Source of the DNA: an uncultured Planctomycetales bacterium
GTDB lineage: Bacteria > Omnitrophota > Gorgyraeia > Zapsychrales > JANLHA01
Direction of reading: 5' to 3'
Length of the DNA: 64,000 nt
Assembly: GCA_964489065.1 (NCBI GenBank)
Contig: CAZAXH010000006.1
Coordinates: 66,867 to 130,866, forward strand
In this document: positions 36,168 through 46,112 of the stretch, piece after piece
Layout of the letters: every line of letters starts with the position of its first letter
How positions within the stretch are numbered: position 1 is the first letter of the stretch
Translations under genes and position numbers: made by a program
The notes under the pieces: generated by a model
The model's input: only the letters and a program-made list of their open reading frames with translations
Told to the model about the DNA's origin: nothing
The model's database searches: none

Positions 36168-38693
36168 TTAGTCTGTCCCCTGTTGATTGGTCACGTTCTT
36201 TTTGATCCACTCCAGGCGCTCTTGCGCGTATTTGGTTTCCTCTGTGTTGTGCTCAAGCACTCTGGAATAGACGCGTTTCGCTTCCGTCCAGTTTTCCTGA
36301 TCTTCAAAAATGCGCCCAATGCGCAGATAGGCCTTGATCATCCAGCCTGTTTCATGGGCGTAAAGGTAAGGAATTTTAAAGTATTCTTCCACGGCTTTGT
36401 CCGGCCTATTCAACAGCTCATATGTGTCGGCGATAGAAAATTGCAATTCGGCTGGTGAATATTCACATCGGGATGTGTAATGTTCTCTCGCGGTCTGAAA
36501 CGCATCAATGGCCGCGGGATAATTTTCCTGTTTCATATAGATCCCGGCCACTTTGATGAACGTATCACATTTAAAGTCGGGGGCGGCCTGGCCGATTTTT
36601 TGATATGTCTCCAGGGCCTCTTCCGGCGGCATGTCTCGAGAAAAAATATCCGCAATCGCGAGCTGGGCCTTACCGTATATTTCGGGAGAGGCGTCTTGGG
36701 GAATTTCCTGATAGTGGCGTATGGCTTGATCATACTCGCCTAAAGCGGTATACGATTGGCCGAGTTCGAAATATATGATATTAATTTTAGGCGACGACGG
36801 AAATTGTTCAAGAGCTTTTTCATAGTATTGTATGGCGGTTTTCAGTTCCTTGTGTTCCAGGTTATAATTCCCCAGCCAAAGAAGGGCTTCTTGTGCGGAT
36901 TCCGTTTGAGGATATTTCTGAATAATTTTTTCGAACTGGTCGATGGCCGCGGCGGTCTGGCCCATTTGATAAAGGCATTTTGCGATATTGAGCTCGCTGG
37001 CCTGGATTGTGGCCTTTTCACCCGGGAACAAGCCCTCCATGGCCAGGAAAGTTTCCATGGCTTTTTGATAGTCCTTCAACTGAAACAGGGCCAGCCCTTT
37101 CAGGAAATACCCGTCCCGCATGACGCCTTTATCCGAAGGATTGGTGGCAAGGTATTGCGAAAGGAAATCGACCGCCTGGGGCATGTCATTTTTTTTAAAA
37201 TAAGCGGCCCCGAGGTAATACAGGGCTTCGTGGCTATATTGGGAATCCGGGAAATTATTGAGGAGGCTTTTGAACGATAAAATAGCCACCTCCGGGCGCT
37301 GGGACTGGATTAGCGCTATGCCTAGGCGGAACTGAATGTAGTCTGTGTAGACACTGTCAGGATATTCTTTTAAAATTTTATCATAAATGTTAATGGCTTC
37401 TTTAACATAACCGCTGTCAAGATGGGCGTCTCCCATTTGGGTCAGAGCGCTGACCTTTACGATGTTGCTGTCGCTTTGGGCGATAATAGTCTGGAACGTG
37501 CTGATGGATTTATCAAGGGCGCCGGATTTGAGATAGGTCCAGGCCAGCCCGTAATAGGCCTTCTCCCGGAGGTCTCCTTGACTTTTCATTGTCTCCCGGT
37601 CGAGGACCGTTTGATATTCGCGGAGAGCGGCCGGATAATCCTGCGTTGTGTAATAAATATTGGCCCGCCCAAGCACCGCCTCCATGGTTTTGCTGTCTTC
37701 CGGAAAAAGTTTGATGATATTGGTGTAGGCTTCCAAAGCCGCAGGGTAGTCTTCTCCATGCGTATAAAGATTCGCCAGCCCCCAGTAGACATCATCTGAC
37801 AGAACATTATGGCTAATCGCGAAATCTTCCGCTTCCAGGAAATGGCGTTTTGATAAATCGAATTTTTCAAGTTTCAGGTAACACCACCCCATGCTGACAC
37901 GGGCGATGTAAATGATTTTCGGGTCTGTCGCAATATCCGCGGCTTTGGCATAGTAGGTCATGGCGGTGAGATAATCCTGTTTATAGAAGGTGGCTTCCGC
38001 CAGATAAAAAAGCGCCTCGGATTTATGGGGCGCATCGGGAAAGCGTTCCAGGTACTTTTGAAACAGGGAGATAGCTGTGTCATAATTTCCCTGATTGTGT
38101 TGACATTCCCCGGTCTTAAAGAAAGCGTCTTCCGACAGGGGATGGTCGGGAAACCGTGTGATAAGTTCTTGAAATTGCTGATGGGCCTTGTCATAATTCT
38201 TTTTCTCAAAGAACGTCCAGCCTAAAGAATAGAGCGCTTGGGGAATAAAATCGGATTGCGGATAGTTGTCCAGGACCTGCTGATAATAATGGGTGGCCTG
38301 GTTATAATCGGACGCTTTAAAATAGGTTTCCCCCAGCCAGAAATAGGTGGCGTCTTTGAGAACGTCGAAGGCCAGCAATTCTTTAAAGACGGAATATGAT
38401 TTTAGATATTGATTTTTAAAAAAATAACACTGGCCTAATAAGAGTTTGGCCTGGACCAGTTTTTCCGGTTCCGGGTTGAGTTCCAGGAATTGTTCGATAT
38501 AGCGGACGGCGACATCGTAAAAGCCGTCATCAAAGGCCCTCTGTGCGACCCAAAAAAGTTCCTGCGTCGAACCGTCCTCTTCAGACGCAACAAAAGACGG
38601 CATCCCGGTCAGCAGGACCGCGGTCATGAGGATAACAGCTAAAGCTTTCGCCTGGTATTTAAGATGGTTCATGGGTCTTGTGTTGTATCCCAA
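36168..38693 (-). CDS. Large secreted TPR-repeat protein (>15 TPR units)
   Basis: Signal peptide, then repeated Wxx[LG]xxYxxxxxYxxAxxxFxx motifs throughout the 841 aa. Confidence 0.7.
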   Translation of the reverse strand: MGYNTRPMNHLKYQAKALAVILMTAVLLTGMPSFVASEEDGSTQELFWVAQRAFDDGFYDVAVRYIEQFLELNPEPEKLVQAKLLLGQCYFFKNQYLKSYSVFKELLAFDVLKDATYFWLGETYFKASDYNQATHYYQQVLDNYPQSDFIPQALYSLGWTFFEKKNYDKAHQQFQELITRFPDHPLSEDAFFKTGECQHNQGNYDTAISLFQKYLERFPDAPHKSEALFYLAEATFYKQDYLTAMTYYAKAADIATDPKIIYIARVSMGWCYLKLEKFDLSKRHFLEAEDFAISHNVLSDDVYWGLANLYTHGEDYPAALEAYTNIIKLFPEDSKTMEAVLGRANIYYTTQDYPAALREYQTVLDRETMKSQGDLREKAYYGLAWTYLKSGALDKSISTFQTIIAQSDSNIVKVSALTQMGDAHLDSGYVKEAINIYDKILKEYPDSVYTDYIQFRLGIALIQSQRPEVAILSFKSLLNNFPDSQYSHEALYYLGAAYFKKNDMPQAVDFLSQYLATNPSDKGVMRDGYFLKGLALFQLKDYQKAMETFLAMEGLFPGEKATIQASELNIAKCLYQMGQTAAAIDQFEKIIQKYPQTESAQEALLWLGNYNLEHKELKTAIQYYEKALEQFPSSPKINIIYFELGQSYTALGEYDQAIRHYQEIPQDASPEIYGKAQLAIADIFSRDMPPEEALETYQKIGQAAPDFKCDTFIKVAGIYMKQENYPAAIDAFQTAREHYTSRCEYSPAELQFSIADTYELLNRPDKAVEEYFKIPYLYAHETGWMIKAYLRIGRIFEDQENWTEAKRVYSRVLEHNTEETKYAQERLEWIKKNVTNQQGTD

Positions 38694-38702
38694 GGTTCGT
38701 GC

Positions 38703-41495
38703 TTAAGAAGGCAGTGCATCCGCAAGATATTTCCCCGTGTGGGATTGCGGATAGTTTAAAATGTCTTCCGGAGCCCCGGCGAAAACCAGCTCGCCTCCTT
38801 TATCGCCTCCGTCGGGGCCAAGGTCGATGATATAATCCGCGTTTTTAATAACTTCCAGATTATGCTCAATGACAAGGACGGTATTCCCTTTATTAACGAG
38901 CCGTTGTAAGACGTTCAGCAACTTGTCGACGTCTGCGAAATGCAGGCCTGTCGTAGGTTCATCCAGAAGATACAACGTCTTCCCTGTGGCGTTCTTGCAT
39001 AGCTCGGTTGCCAGCTTAACGCGCTGGGCTTCGCCTCCGGATAAGGTGGTAGCCGGCTGACCGAGTTTGATATAGCCCAGCCCAACGTCACATAAAGTTT
39101 GTAAAACATTTTTAATCCGCGGGATATCCTCGAAAAACAGGAGCGCTTCATCAACGGCCGTATTCAGGACATCCGCGATATTTTTGTCCCGGTAATAAAC
39201 ATCCAGGGTCTGGGTATTGAAGCGGTTCCCTTTGCAGACTTCGCATTCCACATAGACGTCCGGCAGAAAATGCATTTCAATTTTTTTGATGCCGTCTCCG
39301 CTGCAGGCTTCGCAACGCCCCCCTTTGACGTTGAAGCTGAACCGCCCCGGTTTGAATCCGCGTTTTTTAGACGTCGGTAGCTGGCTGTAAAGTTCGCGGA
39401 TGAGGCTAAAGACACCGGTGTATGTGGCCGGGTTGGAGCGGGGCGTCCGGCCAATCGGAGTCTGGTCTACTTCAATCACCTTATCGATGTGTTCGACCCC
39501 CTTTATTTGACGGAATTGTCCGGGTTTGTCGCGGGCCTGATATAGTTTTTGGGCGAGGGCTTTATACAGGATATCATTGATCAGGGTTGATTTCCCTGAT
39601 CCGGAAACTCCGGTGACGCAGGCAAAGACACCCAGGGGGATGGAAATGTTGAGGTCTTTAAGGTTGTTTTCCCTGGCGCCGATAATCGTCAGATGTTTTG
39701 TCCCTTCAATGGCCCTTCGTTGGGGCGGAACCGGAATGCGCTTCTCCCCGCGCAGGTACTGCCCGGTCAACGACTCGGATGATTTTAATAGCCCGGGAAC
39801 GTCCCCGGCATAAATCACCTGCCCTCCGAATTCCCCGGCGCCGGGGCCTAGGTCAACCACGTAGTCCGCCGCGCGGATGGTGGCTTCATCGTGTTCGACC
39901 ACGATCAAAGTGTTTCCCATATTCCTTAAAGATTGCAGGGTCGATAAAAGGCGCTCATTGTCTTTCTGGTGCAGGCCGATGCTGGGCTCGTCCAGGATAT
40001 AGACGACTCCGACCAACCCGGACCCCACCTGGGTGGCCAAACGGATGCGTTCCGCCTCCCCTCCGGAGAGTGTGCCGCTTTTCCGGTCTAAGGTGAGATA
40101 CTCCAGCCCCACATTAATGCAGAAATCAATGCGCCGGATGATCTCCTTGATCACCGGTTCACTGATGTGCCGGTGTGTCTCATTTAATTCCAGATGGCTG
40201 AAATAGTCTTTAGCGTCCTTGATAGACATTGCGCAGACTTGGGCGATGTTCAACCCGTTGATCTTGACCGCCAGGGATTCTTTTTTTAGGCGGTTGCCGT
40301 GACATGTCGGGCACGGGAGGATGGACATGTAACGGGATATCTCGTCTTTAAGCCAGTCGCTGTCTGTTTCCTCAAACAGCCGTTTGAGGTATTTTTGCAG
40401 GCCTTCAAACGGTCTGTCCCAGATAATATCATCGGATCCTTCGAAAATAATTTTTTTGAATTTCGGAGATAATTTGCGAAAGGGGAGGGTCGTGTCGACG
40501 TCATAGAGGTGGGCGATTTCCCGCAAGACGGCCCGGTAATACATCAAATAATTCCTCCGTCCTTTGCGCCAGGAGGCGATGGCATTGACCCATGGCTTGG
40601 AGGGGTCCTCCACGAGGAACTCCGGATCGATTTCCATCTTGGTACCCAGGCCGTTGCAATCCGGGCAGGCTCCGTAAGGCGCGTTGAATGAGAAGATGCG
40701 CGGTTCAATTTCGGCCAGGTTGATGCCGCAGTCGATACAGGAATAATTTTCGCTGAATATTTTTTCAGGGTACTTTTGATTAAAGTTTACCATGACGATC
40801 CCCTGGCCGATTTTCAGGGCTGTTTCCAGGGAGTCGGTCAGGCGTTGGCGGATTGAGGGTTTCAAAGAGAGGCGGTCAACAACAATTTCGATGTGGTGGA
40901 TTTTATATCGGTCCAGTTTGATTGTATCCGTGACTTCGTAGATCTCCCCGTCAATGCGCATGCGGATAAATCCCGCTTTGCTGACCTGTTTCTGGACGTC
41001 TTTGTATTCCCCCTTTTTCCCCCGGATGAATGGCGCGAGGATGATCAGGGGGGTTCCTTCCGGCAGAGCCATCAGTTGTTTCACCATTTCCTCGTTGGAC
41101 TGCTGTGTGATTTCTTTGCCGCACCGGTGGCAGTAAGGCGTGCCGACCCTGGCGAACAAAACTCTTAAATAGTCGTAAATCTCAGTCTGGGTCGCAACGG
41201 TTGAGCGGGGATTATGGCTTATGGTTTTTTGTTCAATCGAAATGGTTGGGGAAAGCCCGCTGATCGATTCGACGTTCGGTTTTTGTAATTGTTCAAGGAA
41301 CTGGCGGGCGTAGGCGGATAGACTCTCTACGTAGCGGCGTTGCCCCTCTGCATAAATTGTGTCAAAGGCTAGGGAGGATTTCCCGGATCCGCTTAACCCG
41401 GTGATAACGATAAATTGATTCCGGGGGAGCGCGAGGTTAACGTTTTTTAAGTTGTGCTCATTGGCATTTTTGATAAATATGAATTCCGTCTGCAT
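38703..41495 (-). CDS. uvrA: Excinuclease ABC subunit A
   Basis: 930 aa. Two ABC ATPase modules (GLSGSGKSSLAF, GVSGSGKSTL) and zinc-finger Cys clusters. Confidence 0.95.
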   Translation of the reverse strand: MQTEFIFIKNANEHNLKNVNLALPRNQFIVITGLSGSGKSSLAFDTIYAEGQRRYVESLSAYARQFLEQLQKPNVESISGLSPTISIEQKTISHNPRSTVATQTEIYDYLRVLFARVGTPYCHRCGKEITQQSNEEMVKQLMALPEGTPLIILAPFIRGKKGEYKDVQKQVSKAGFIRMRIDGEIYEVTDTIKLDRYKIHHIEIVVDRLSLKPSIRQRLTDSLETALKIGQGIVMVNFNQKYPEKIFSENYSCIDCGINLAEIEPRIFSFNAPYGACPDCNGLGTKMEIDPEFLVEDPSKPWVNAIASWRKGRRNYLMYYRAVLREIAHLYDVDTTLPFRKLSPKFKKIIFEGSDDIIWDRPFEGLQKYLKRLFEETDSDWLKDEISRYMSILPCPTCHGNRLKKESLAVKINGLNIAQVCAMSIKDAKDYFSHLELNETHRHISEPVIKEIIRRIDFCINVGLEYLTLDRKSGTLSGGEAERIRLATQVGSGLVGVVYILDEPSIGLHQKDNERLLSTLQSLRNMGNTLIVVEHDEATIRAADYVVDLGPGAGEFGGQVIYAGDVPGLLKSSESLTGQYLRGEKRIPVPPQRRAIEGTKHLTIIGARENNLKDLNISIPLGVFACVTGVSGSGKSTLINDILYKALAQKLYQARDKPGQFRQIKGVEHIDKVIEVDQTPIGRTPRSNPATYTGVFSLIRELYSQLPTSKKRGFKPGRFSFNVKGGRCEACSGDGIKKIEMHFLPDVYVECEVCKGNRFNTQTLDVYYRDKNIADVLNTAVDEALLFFEDIPRIKNVLQTLCDVGLGYIKLGQPATTLSGGEAQRVKLATELCKNATGKTLYLLDEPTTGLHFADVDKLLNVLQRLVNKGNTVLVIEHNLEVIKNADYIIDLGPDGGDKGGELVFAGAPEDILNYPQSHTGKYLADALPS

Positions 41496-41580
41496 AAATA
41501 TTATCCCGGAGGGTTTGAGCCTGTTGTTTTATAAAATTAATATTATACAATCGACTGCTGATTAGGGAAAGTGTAATCTA

Positions 41581-41621
41581 AAATAGCCCCTGTTATAAAC
41601 TATAACAGGGGCTATTTTTTT
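41581..41621. terminator. Bidirectional intrinsic terminator (17-bp perfect stem, 3-nt loop, T7 tract)
   Basis: AAATAGCCCCTGTTATA-AAC-TATAACAGGGGCTATTT followed by TTTTTTT on the plus strand and A-rich flank on the other side. Lies between the basic repeat-protein gene and uvrA. Confidence 0.6.
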
Positions 41622-41634
41622 CACGTCAACGCTG

Positions 41635-41937
41635 CTATTTTCTTTTTGCGGTTTTCTTGGCAGGTTTACTTTTCTTCGCTGAGGTTTTCTTTGCCGCTTT
41701 CTTTTTCTTCTTGGAGCCGCCCCGGACCATCTTGGCGCAGGCGATATCCCCGTCTTTGTCGATAAAATACAGATTACCGACTTCTTTCTTGACTCCGACT
41801 TTTGCGACTTTTTTCGGTTTTCCACCCTTTTTGCTGCCTCGAGCCATGATCGCGCAAGAAACATCACCGTCTTTGTCTACAAAGTAAAGGTATCCCTTTT
41901 CTTTCTTGACTCCGACTTTAGCTACCTTTTTAGCCAT
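41635..41937 (-). CDS. Small lysine-rich protein with internal tandem duplication and histone H1-like C-terminal tail
   Basis: Two ~43-aa repeats (VAKVGVKKEkGyLYFvDKDGDvsCAiMaRG...) followed by KKKKKAAKKTSAKKSKPAKKTAKRK. The repeat is visible at DNA level (ttctttcttgactccgacttt twice). Strong RBS AAGGAGGTGAAACT. Terminator downstream. Confidence 0.5.
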   Translation of the reverse strand: MAKKVAKVGVKKEKGYLYFVDKDGDVSCAIMARGSKKGGKPKKVAKVGVKKEVGNLYFIDKDGDIACAKMVRGGSKKKKKAAKKTSAKKSKPAKKTAKRK

Positions 41938-41969
41938 AGTTTCACCTCCTTTCTAATAAATAGTTGAAA

Positions 41970-42866
41970 CTACGTGCCGACACGAACCCCACTGCAAAAT
42001 TCTTTAAGTGTCTGGACAGCCGACAGCACCGCCAGATAACTCGTTTTCGGGTTATCCGGGCAAACCACATTTTCGGTGCGGCTTATCATATGACCAAAAT
42101 CTCCTTGGATGTCTATTTCATGGGAGTTTATTGTATATTCCGGTGATGTCAGGAGGCGGATGACGATTTTCGATTTTGCATGTGAGGCGAGCGCCAGCGT
42201 AGCAGCGACATTGATGTTTCTTGGAAAATACCGCACGGCGTCATCGACGGTTCCCTCGAAAATGCAGGTTTCGCCTGTGATATCCTCGAGGTTGATCCCC
42301 CGGTCTTCAATATAGCGGTTATGGGAGAACCCGGCGATTGGCTTACGGGTGGTCAACGTAATTTTTGATATCGAAGCCAAGGACGCTGATTTTACGGCAT
42401 CGATCCCGGCAATCGCGCCCGATGGGATTAGGAGGGCGCAGCCGTTTTTAATCGATAAAGCCAACAGGTCTTCAGCGTTGAGCAGCCTCCCAACGCTGAC
42501 CGAAAGAACATCTTTCTTGGCTTCCAAAGCCATTTGTATGAAGTCATGGGTATCGGAGTTTATCGCTTCGACAAGGATATCACAATCCTGCAACAGGGCA
42601 GAAAAGGAATCCCTGATAAGATTGTCTTCGGAGAGAGCTTGTTCCAATTTGGCGGTTTTAGACGGGTCAATATCGTAGATACCGCTTAAAGCGCATAAGG
42701 ACTGCAGGTCTTTTTTTATGGCATGCGCGATTCTCGAGCCAATAGCCCCGCAGCCGAGAATGGCGACCCTTTTAATTTTTCTGGTGCTCCCTGCGTCTAC
42801 AGAATTTAATTCCATAGGATGAACGACCCTGGGGGTTGTTTTAGGCTCGCACGAATATATTGTCAA
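41970..42866 (-). CDS. nadX: L-aspartate dehydrogenase family protein
   Basis: NAD-binding VAILGCGAIGS, family motifs PSGAIAGIDAV, FPRNINVAATLALAS, DNPKTSYLAVLS (compare Thermotoga TM1643). The true start may be the internal Met (MELNSV). Confidence 0.7.
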   Translation of the reverse strand: MTIYSCEPKTTPRVVHPMELNSVDAGSTRKIKRVAILGCGAIGSRIAHAIKKDLQSLCALSGIYDIDPSKTAKLEQALSEDNLIRDSFSALLQDCDILVEAINSDTHDFIQMALEAKKDVLSVSVGRLLNAEDLLALSIKNGCALLIPSGAIAGIDAVKSASLASISKITLTTRKPIAGFSHNRYIEDRGINLEDITGETCIFEGTVDDAVRYFPRNINVAATLALASHAKSKIVIRLLTSPEYTINSHEIDIQGDFGHMISRTENVVCPDNPKTSYLAVLSAVQTLKEFCSGVRVGT

Positions 42867-43689
42867 TCAGCCGGGCCTTCCCAAGACGGACAGCCAAGGC
42901 CAGTAATATTGATCCCTGAATGATTTTGACCGGTTCTAACGTTTCCGCTTTGACGCACGCGACGTATTCGATTCTCCCGTGACGGCAGCGGTTGTTGAGG
43001 ACATCCTTCATGTTTTGGATTAATCGGCTTGAATCTTTTTCCCCCCGGCGAACTTCTTCTTGCGCCATCTTGAGCGCTTGATATAACGCCGGGGCCTCCT
43101 GCCGTTCCGCTGCCGTTAAATAGGCATTACGTGAACTGAGGGCCAATCCATCTTTTTCTCTGATTGTCGGCAACACTCGAACCTGCACCGGGAAATTTAA
43201 ATCTCTCACCATTTGCCGGATCACCACGCATTGCTGGGCATCTTTTTGCCCGAGATAAATTTTATGTGGCTGGACGATGTTTAATAATTTTCCGACGACA
43301 GTGGCCACTCCCCGGAAGTGCCCCGGGCGCGACGCTCCGCAAAGCGTCGCAGTAATTTTTTCTGCATTGATGTATGTCAAATACCGTCCAGGGTACATCA
43401 TTTTTTCCGACGGATAAAATATTATATCAACATTTTCTTTTTTTGCCAATAAAACATCTTTTTTTTTGTCTCGAGGGTAAGATTGAAAATCTTCTCGTGG
43501 CCCGAATTGTGCGGGGTTGACAAAGATGCTTAAAACGGAAATGTCATTTTGTCGGTGACAGGCTTTCAGCAAGGAACGATGCCCGTTATGAAGGTATCCC
43601 ATGGTTGGGACAAAGCCAATCGTTTTTCCTTCTCGACGGAATTTTTGGCTGAGTTCCTGCATCGTTTTAATCTGTGTGATGATTTTCAT
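42841..43689 (-). CDS. panC: Pantoate--beta-alanine ligase
   Basis: GFVPTMGYLHNGHRSLL (HIGH-like), ...PGHFRGV, KMSKS-like region. Confidence 0.9.
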   Translation of the reverse strand: MKIITQIKTMQELSQKFRREGKTIGFVPTMGYLHNGHRSLLKACHRQNDISVLSIFVNPAQFGPREDFQSYPRDKKKDVLLAKKENVDIIFYPSEKMMYPGRYLTYINAEKITATLCGASRPGHFRGVATVVGKLLNIVQPHKIYLGQKDAQQCVVIRQMVRDLNFPVQVRVLPTIREKDGLALSSRNAYLTAAERQEAPALYQALKMAQEEVRRGEKDSSRLIQNMKDVLNNRCRHGRIEYVACVKAETLEPVKIIQGSILLALAVRLGKARLIDNIFVRA

Positions 43690-44107
43690 GGCCTAGCCTC
43701 CTTGCTAAGTCCGGGGCGATCTCCGCCAAAGGGGTCATGACGAAAGGCCGGGACTTCATCCTCGGATGAGGAATATCCAGCCGTTGGGAATGCCATTCGA
43801 TATCATCGTAAAGAAGAATATCGATATCAATAACCCGCGGCCCGTTGCGTACCGATGGCGTTCTCCCCAGAGCCTGTTCGATTGTTTTAATGCGTACCAG
43901 AAGCTCTTCGGGAAGAAGCCCGGTTTCGACCCGGATGACGTTGTTGAGAAATTTTCCTTGCGGCGGCCCCCCTTCCGGTTCGGTTTCAATGATGGAAGAA
44001 ACCTGGACGATATTCATGCCTTCTGCCTCAAGGGCCTGAAGGGCCTGCCGAATAGCTTTACGTCGGTCCCCGATATTGGATCCCAGAGCTAAAAATACGG
44101 TGGCCAT
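43667..44107 (-). CDS. folK: 2-amino-4-hydroxy-6-hydroxymethyldihydropteridine pyrophosphokinase
   Basis: Start set at the MATVFLALGSNIGD Met (ATG at 44107..44105). The longer ORF would overlap the dapL 3' end. GPRVIDIDILLY and PHPRM motifs. Confidence 0.85.
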   Translation of the reverse strand: MATVFLALGSNIGDRRKAIRQALQALEAEGMNIVQVSSIIETEPEGGPPQGKFLNNVIRVETGLLPEELLVRIKTIEQALGRTPSVRNGPRVIDIDILLYDDIEWHSQRLDIPHPRMKSRPFVMTPLAEIAPDLARRLGHENHHTD

Positions 44108-44139
44108 GCTGTTCCCTCTTGACGATACGGCGGCGCGCG

Positions 44140-45306
44140 TTAAAGAATTTTTTGGATTCTGCTGACAGCTTCCGCCAGGCGGTCCTTCGGAACCGTCAGG
44201 GCCATGCGGATATACCCTTCTCCCGCAGGCCCAAACCCCACTCCAGGTGTCGCGACGATGTCTGCCCGGTCCAGAAACGCTTGAGCCGCTTGCATGGAAT
44301 CCTGGAAACATTTTGGGATTTTCGCCCAGACGTAGAAAGCGGCCGCGGGGGGTTGGATTTTCCATCCGACGCTGCGCAGACCGTTAATTAGACAGTCCCT
44401 CCGCTCTTCGTATAAACGCCGTAAATCGTCGATTTCTTCGGGCGGGGTTTTGAGGGCCGAGATGCCGGTGACCTGGATCGCCTGGAATATTCCGGAATCA
44501 TAGTTGGATTTCACCTTGGCCAGAGCTGCGATGAGCCTGGGGTTCCCGCAGGCCCAGCCTATGCGCCATCCGGTCATATTGTAGGTTTTTGACAGGGAAT
44601 GGAACTCAATGGCGATATCCCTCGCTCCCTTCACTTCGAGGATGCTGACCGGTTTCACGCCGTCGTAGTAAATTTCTGAATAGGCCATATCGGAGATGAG
44701 GATGATATTGTTGGCGAGGGCGAATTCAACCAGCTGTTGATAAAATTGTTTCGTGGCGCAGGTCGCGGTGGGGTTATTGGGATAATTGACGAACATCGCT
44801 TTGACGCCCTTGGCTGAAGGGAGTTTGGAGATGTCCGGCATGAAATTTTGGCCCTCTTTGAGCGGGATACGGGTGATTTTTCCCCCTGCAAACAGGACGG
44901 ACGCCTGGTAGGCCGGATAGGCCGGGTCGGTGATCCATACTTTATCATTCGGGTTGATAATCCCCAGCGGTAAATGGGCCAGCCCTTCCTTGGATCCGAT
45001 CAGTGGATAAATTTCCGTGTCCCGGTCTAGGCTGACTTGAAAGCGGGTCTGAAACCATTCGGCGATGGCCTGGCGCAGGTCGGGAAGCCCGGCATCGAGG
45101 GCGTAATGATGGTTTCCCGGGTTGTCCAAGGCGGATTTCATGGCTGCAATGATGTGCGGGAAAGGCGGCAGGTCCGGATCCCCGATCCCGAGGTTGATGA
45201 CGTCGCGGCCTTCGGCGATGGCTTTGCGTTTGGCTTTATCGATATCAACAAAAAGATAGGGCGGCAGCTCTTTAAGCCGGTCTGCCCATTCAATGGTGTT
45301 TGTCAT
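44140..45306 (-). CDS. dapL: LL-diaminopimelate aminotransferase
   Basis: Class I aminotransferase with DapL-specific motifs: INLGIGDPD (compare INLSIGDTT), DPAYPAY, YPNNPTA, SLSKTYNMTGWRIGW, VATPGVGFG. Clusters with dapB/dapA/dapF/lysA. Confidence 0.75.
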   Translation of the reverse strand: MTNTIEWADRLKELPPYLFVDIDKAKRKAIAEGRDVINLGIGDPDLPPFPHIIAAMKSALDNPGNHHYALDAGLPDLRQAIAEWFQTRFQVSLDRDTEIYPLIGSKEGLAHLPLGIINPNDKVWITDPAYPAYQASVLFAGGKITRIPLKEGQNFMPDISKLPSAKGVKAMFVNYPNNPTATCATKQFYQQLVEFALANNIILISDMAYSEIYYDGVKPVSILEVKGARDIAIEFHSLSKTYNMTGWRIGWACGNPRLIAALAKVKSNYDSGIFQAIQVTGISALKTPPEEIDDLRRLYEERRDCLINGLRSVGWKIQPPAAAFYVWAKIPKCFQDSMQAAQAFLDRADIVATPGVGFGPAGEGYIRMALTVPKDRLAEAVSRIQKIL

Positions 45307-45372
45307 TTTTACTCCTTTACGTGGCTATTCTTTAGGGAAAAATTTTTTCAGTCGGGAGGCTGCGACAGAGGT

Positions 45373-46092
45373 TCAGCGGATGTTTAAGACGTCCTGCATG
45401 TCAAACAGTCCTTTGGCCTGGGTTGAAAGAAATTTAGCGGCAACCAGGGCCCCTTTGGCAAAAATGTCCCGGGTTTTGGCGTGATGTTCAATCACGATGC
45501 GGTCTTCGGGCGATTCGAAAATGATTGTATGGTCTCCGACAATTTCCCCTTCCCGGATGGATTGAATGTCTTGGACGCGGTGCCCAGAGTTTTCTTCAAT
45601 AAGACGGCCCAGGCTTTTGGCCGTTCCCGAAGGGGCGTCTTTCTTGTGGATATGATGCGCTTCCATGATTTTCACCTGGTAATGTCCCGGGGCGGCCGCC
45701 GCGAGTGTTTGCGTGAGTTTAAAGAGAATGTTGACCCCGATGGACATGTTGGAGGAAAGCACAATCGCAATCCGGCTGGAGGCCGCCTGGATCGCCTTCA
45801 GGTGAGAATCATTCAGGCCGGTGGTCCCGATGACGCAATTAATCCCGTATTCCTCGCAAATCTTTAAATAGGTCATGGTCGACTCCGGGGAGGTGAAATC
45901 AATAAGGACTTTGCTTTTCCCGATGGCTGCGGGTTCGCCGGAGATCAATGTCCCTTCGTATACTTTGTTTATGAGGGGATGATCCGGATGCTCCATGAGG
46001 GCGACGATCTGGAAATCTTTATCTTGTAAGGCGAGCTGGGTGATGCGTTGTCCCATGCGCCCCTGACAGCCGTTAATCGCTATGGGTATCAT
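45373..46092 (-). CDS. dapB: 4-hydroxy-tetrahydrodipicolinate reductase
   Basis: MIPIAINGCQGRMGQ NAD(P)-binding, EAHHIHKKDAPSGTA motif. Confidence 0.9.
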   Translation of the reverse strand: MIPIAINGCQGRMGQRITQLALQDKDFQIVALMEHPDHPLINKVYEGTLISGEPAAIGKSKVLIDFTSPESTMTYLKICEEYGINCVIGTTGLNDSHLKAIQAASSRIAIVLSSNMSIGVNILFKLTQTLAAAAPGHYQVKIMEAHHIHKKDAPSGTAKSLGRLIEENSGHRVQDIQSIREGEIVGDHTIIFESPEDRIVIEHHAKTRDIFAKGALVAAKFLSTQAKGLFDMQDVLNIR

Positions 46093-46112
46093 GGTTTCCT
46101 TTCCGCTTTCTG

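Noticed and set aside
39698-40096. 132-aa Arg/Pro-rich plus-strand ORF inside uvrA
   Set aside because: Antisense to uvrA, with a low-complexity composition. It is a spurious open frame.
41562-41867. 101-aa minus-strand ORF overlapping the lysine-rich repeat protein in another frame
   Set aside because: It is an alternative frame of the same repetitive lysine-codon-rich DNA. The 41635..41937 frame has the strong SD and a coherent repeat structure.
43667-44365. Long 232-aa version of the folK ORF (likewise the long versions of argH 49149..50645, hisB 12650..13342 and rplM 57468..57923)
   Set aside because: The N-terminal extensions overlap the upstream genes and lack family homology. Internal Met codons that restore canonical N-termini were used.
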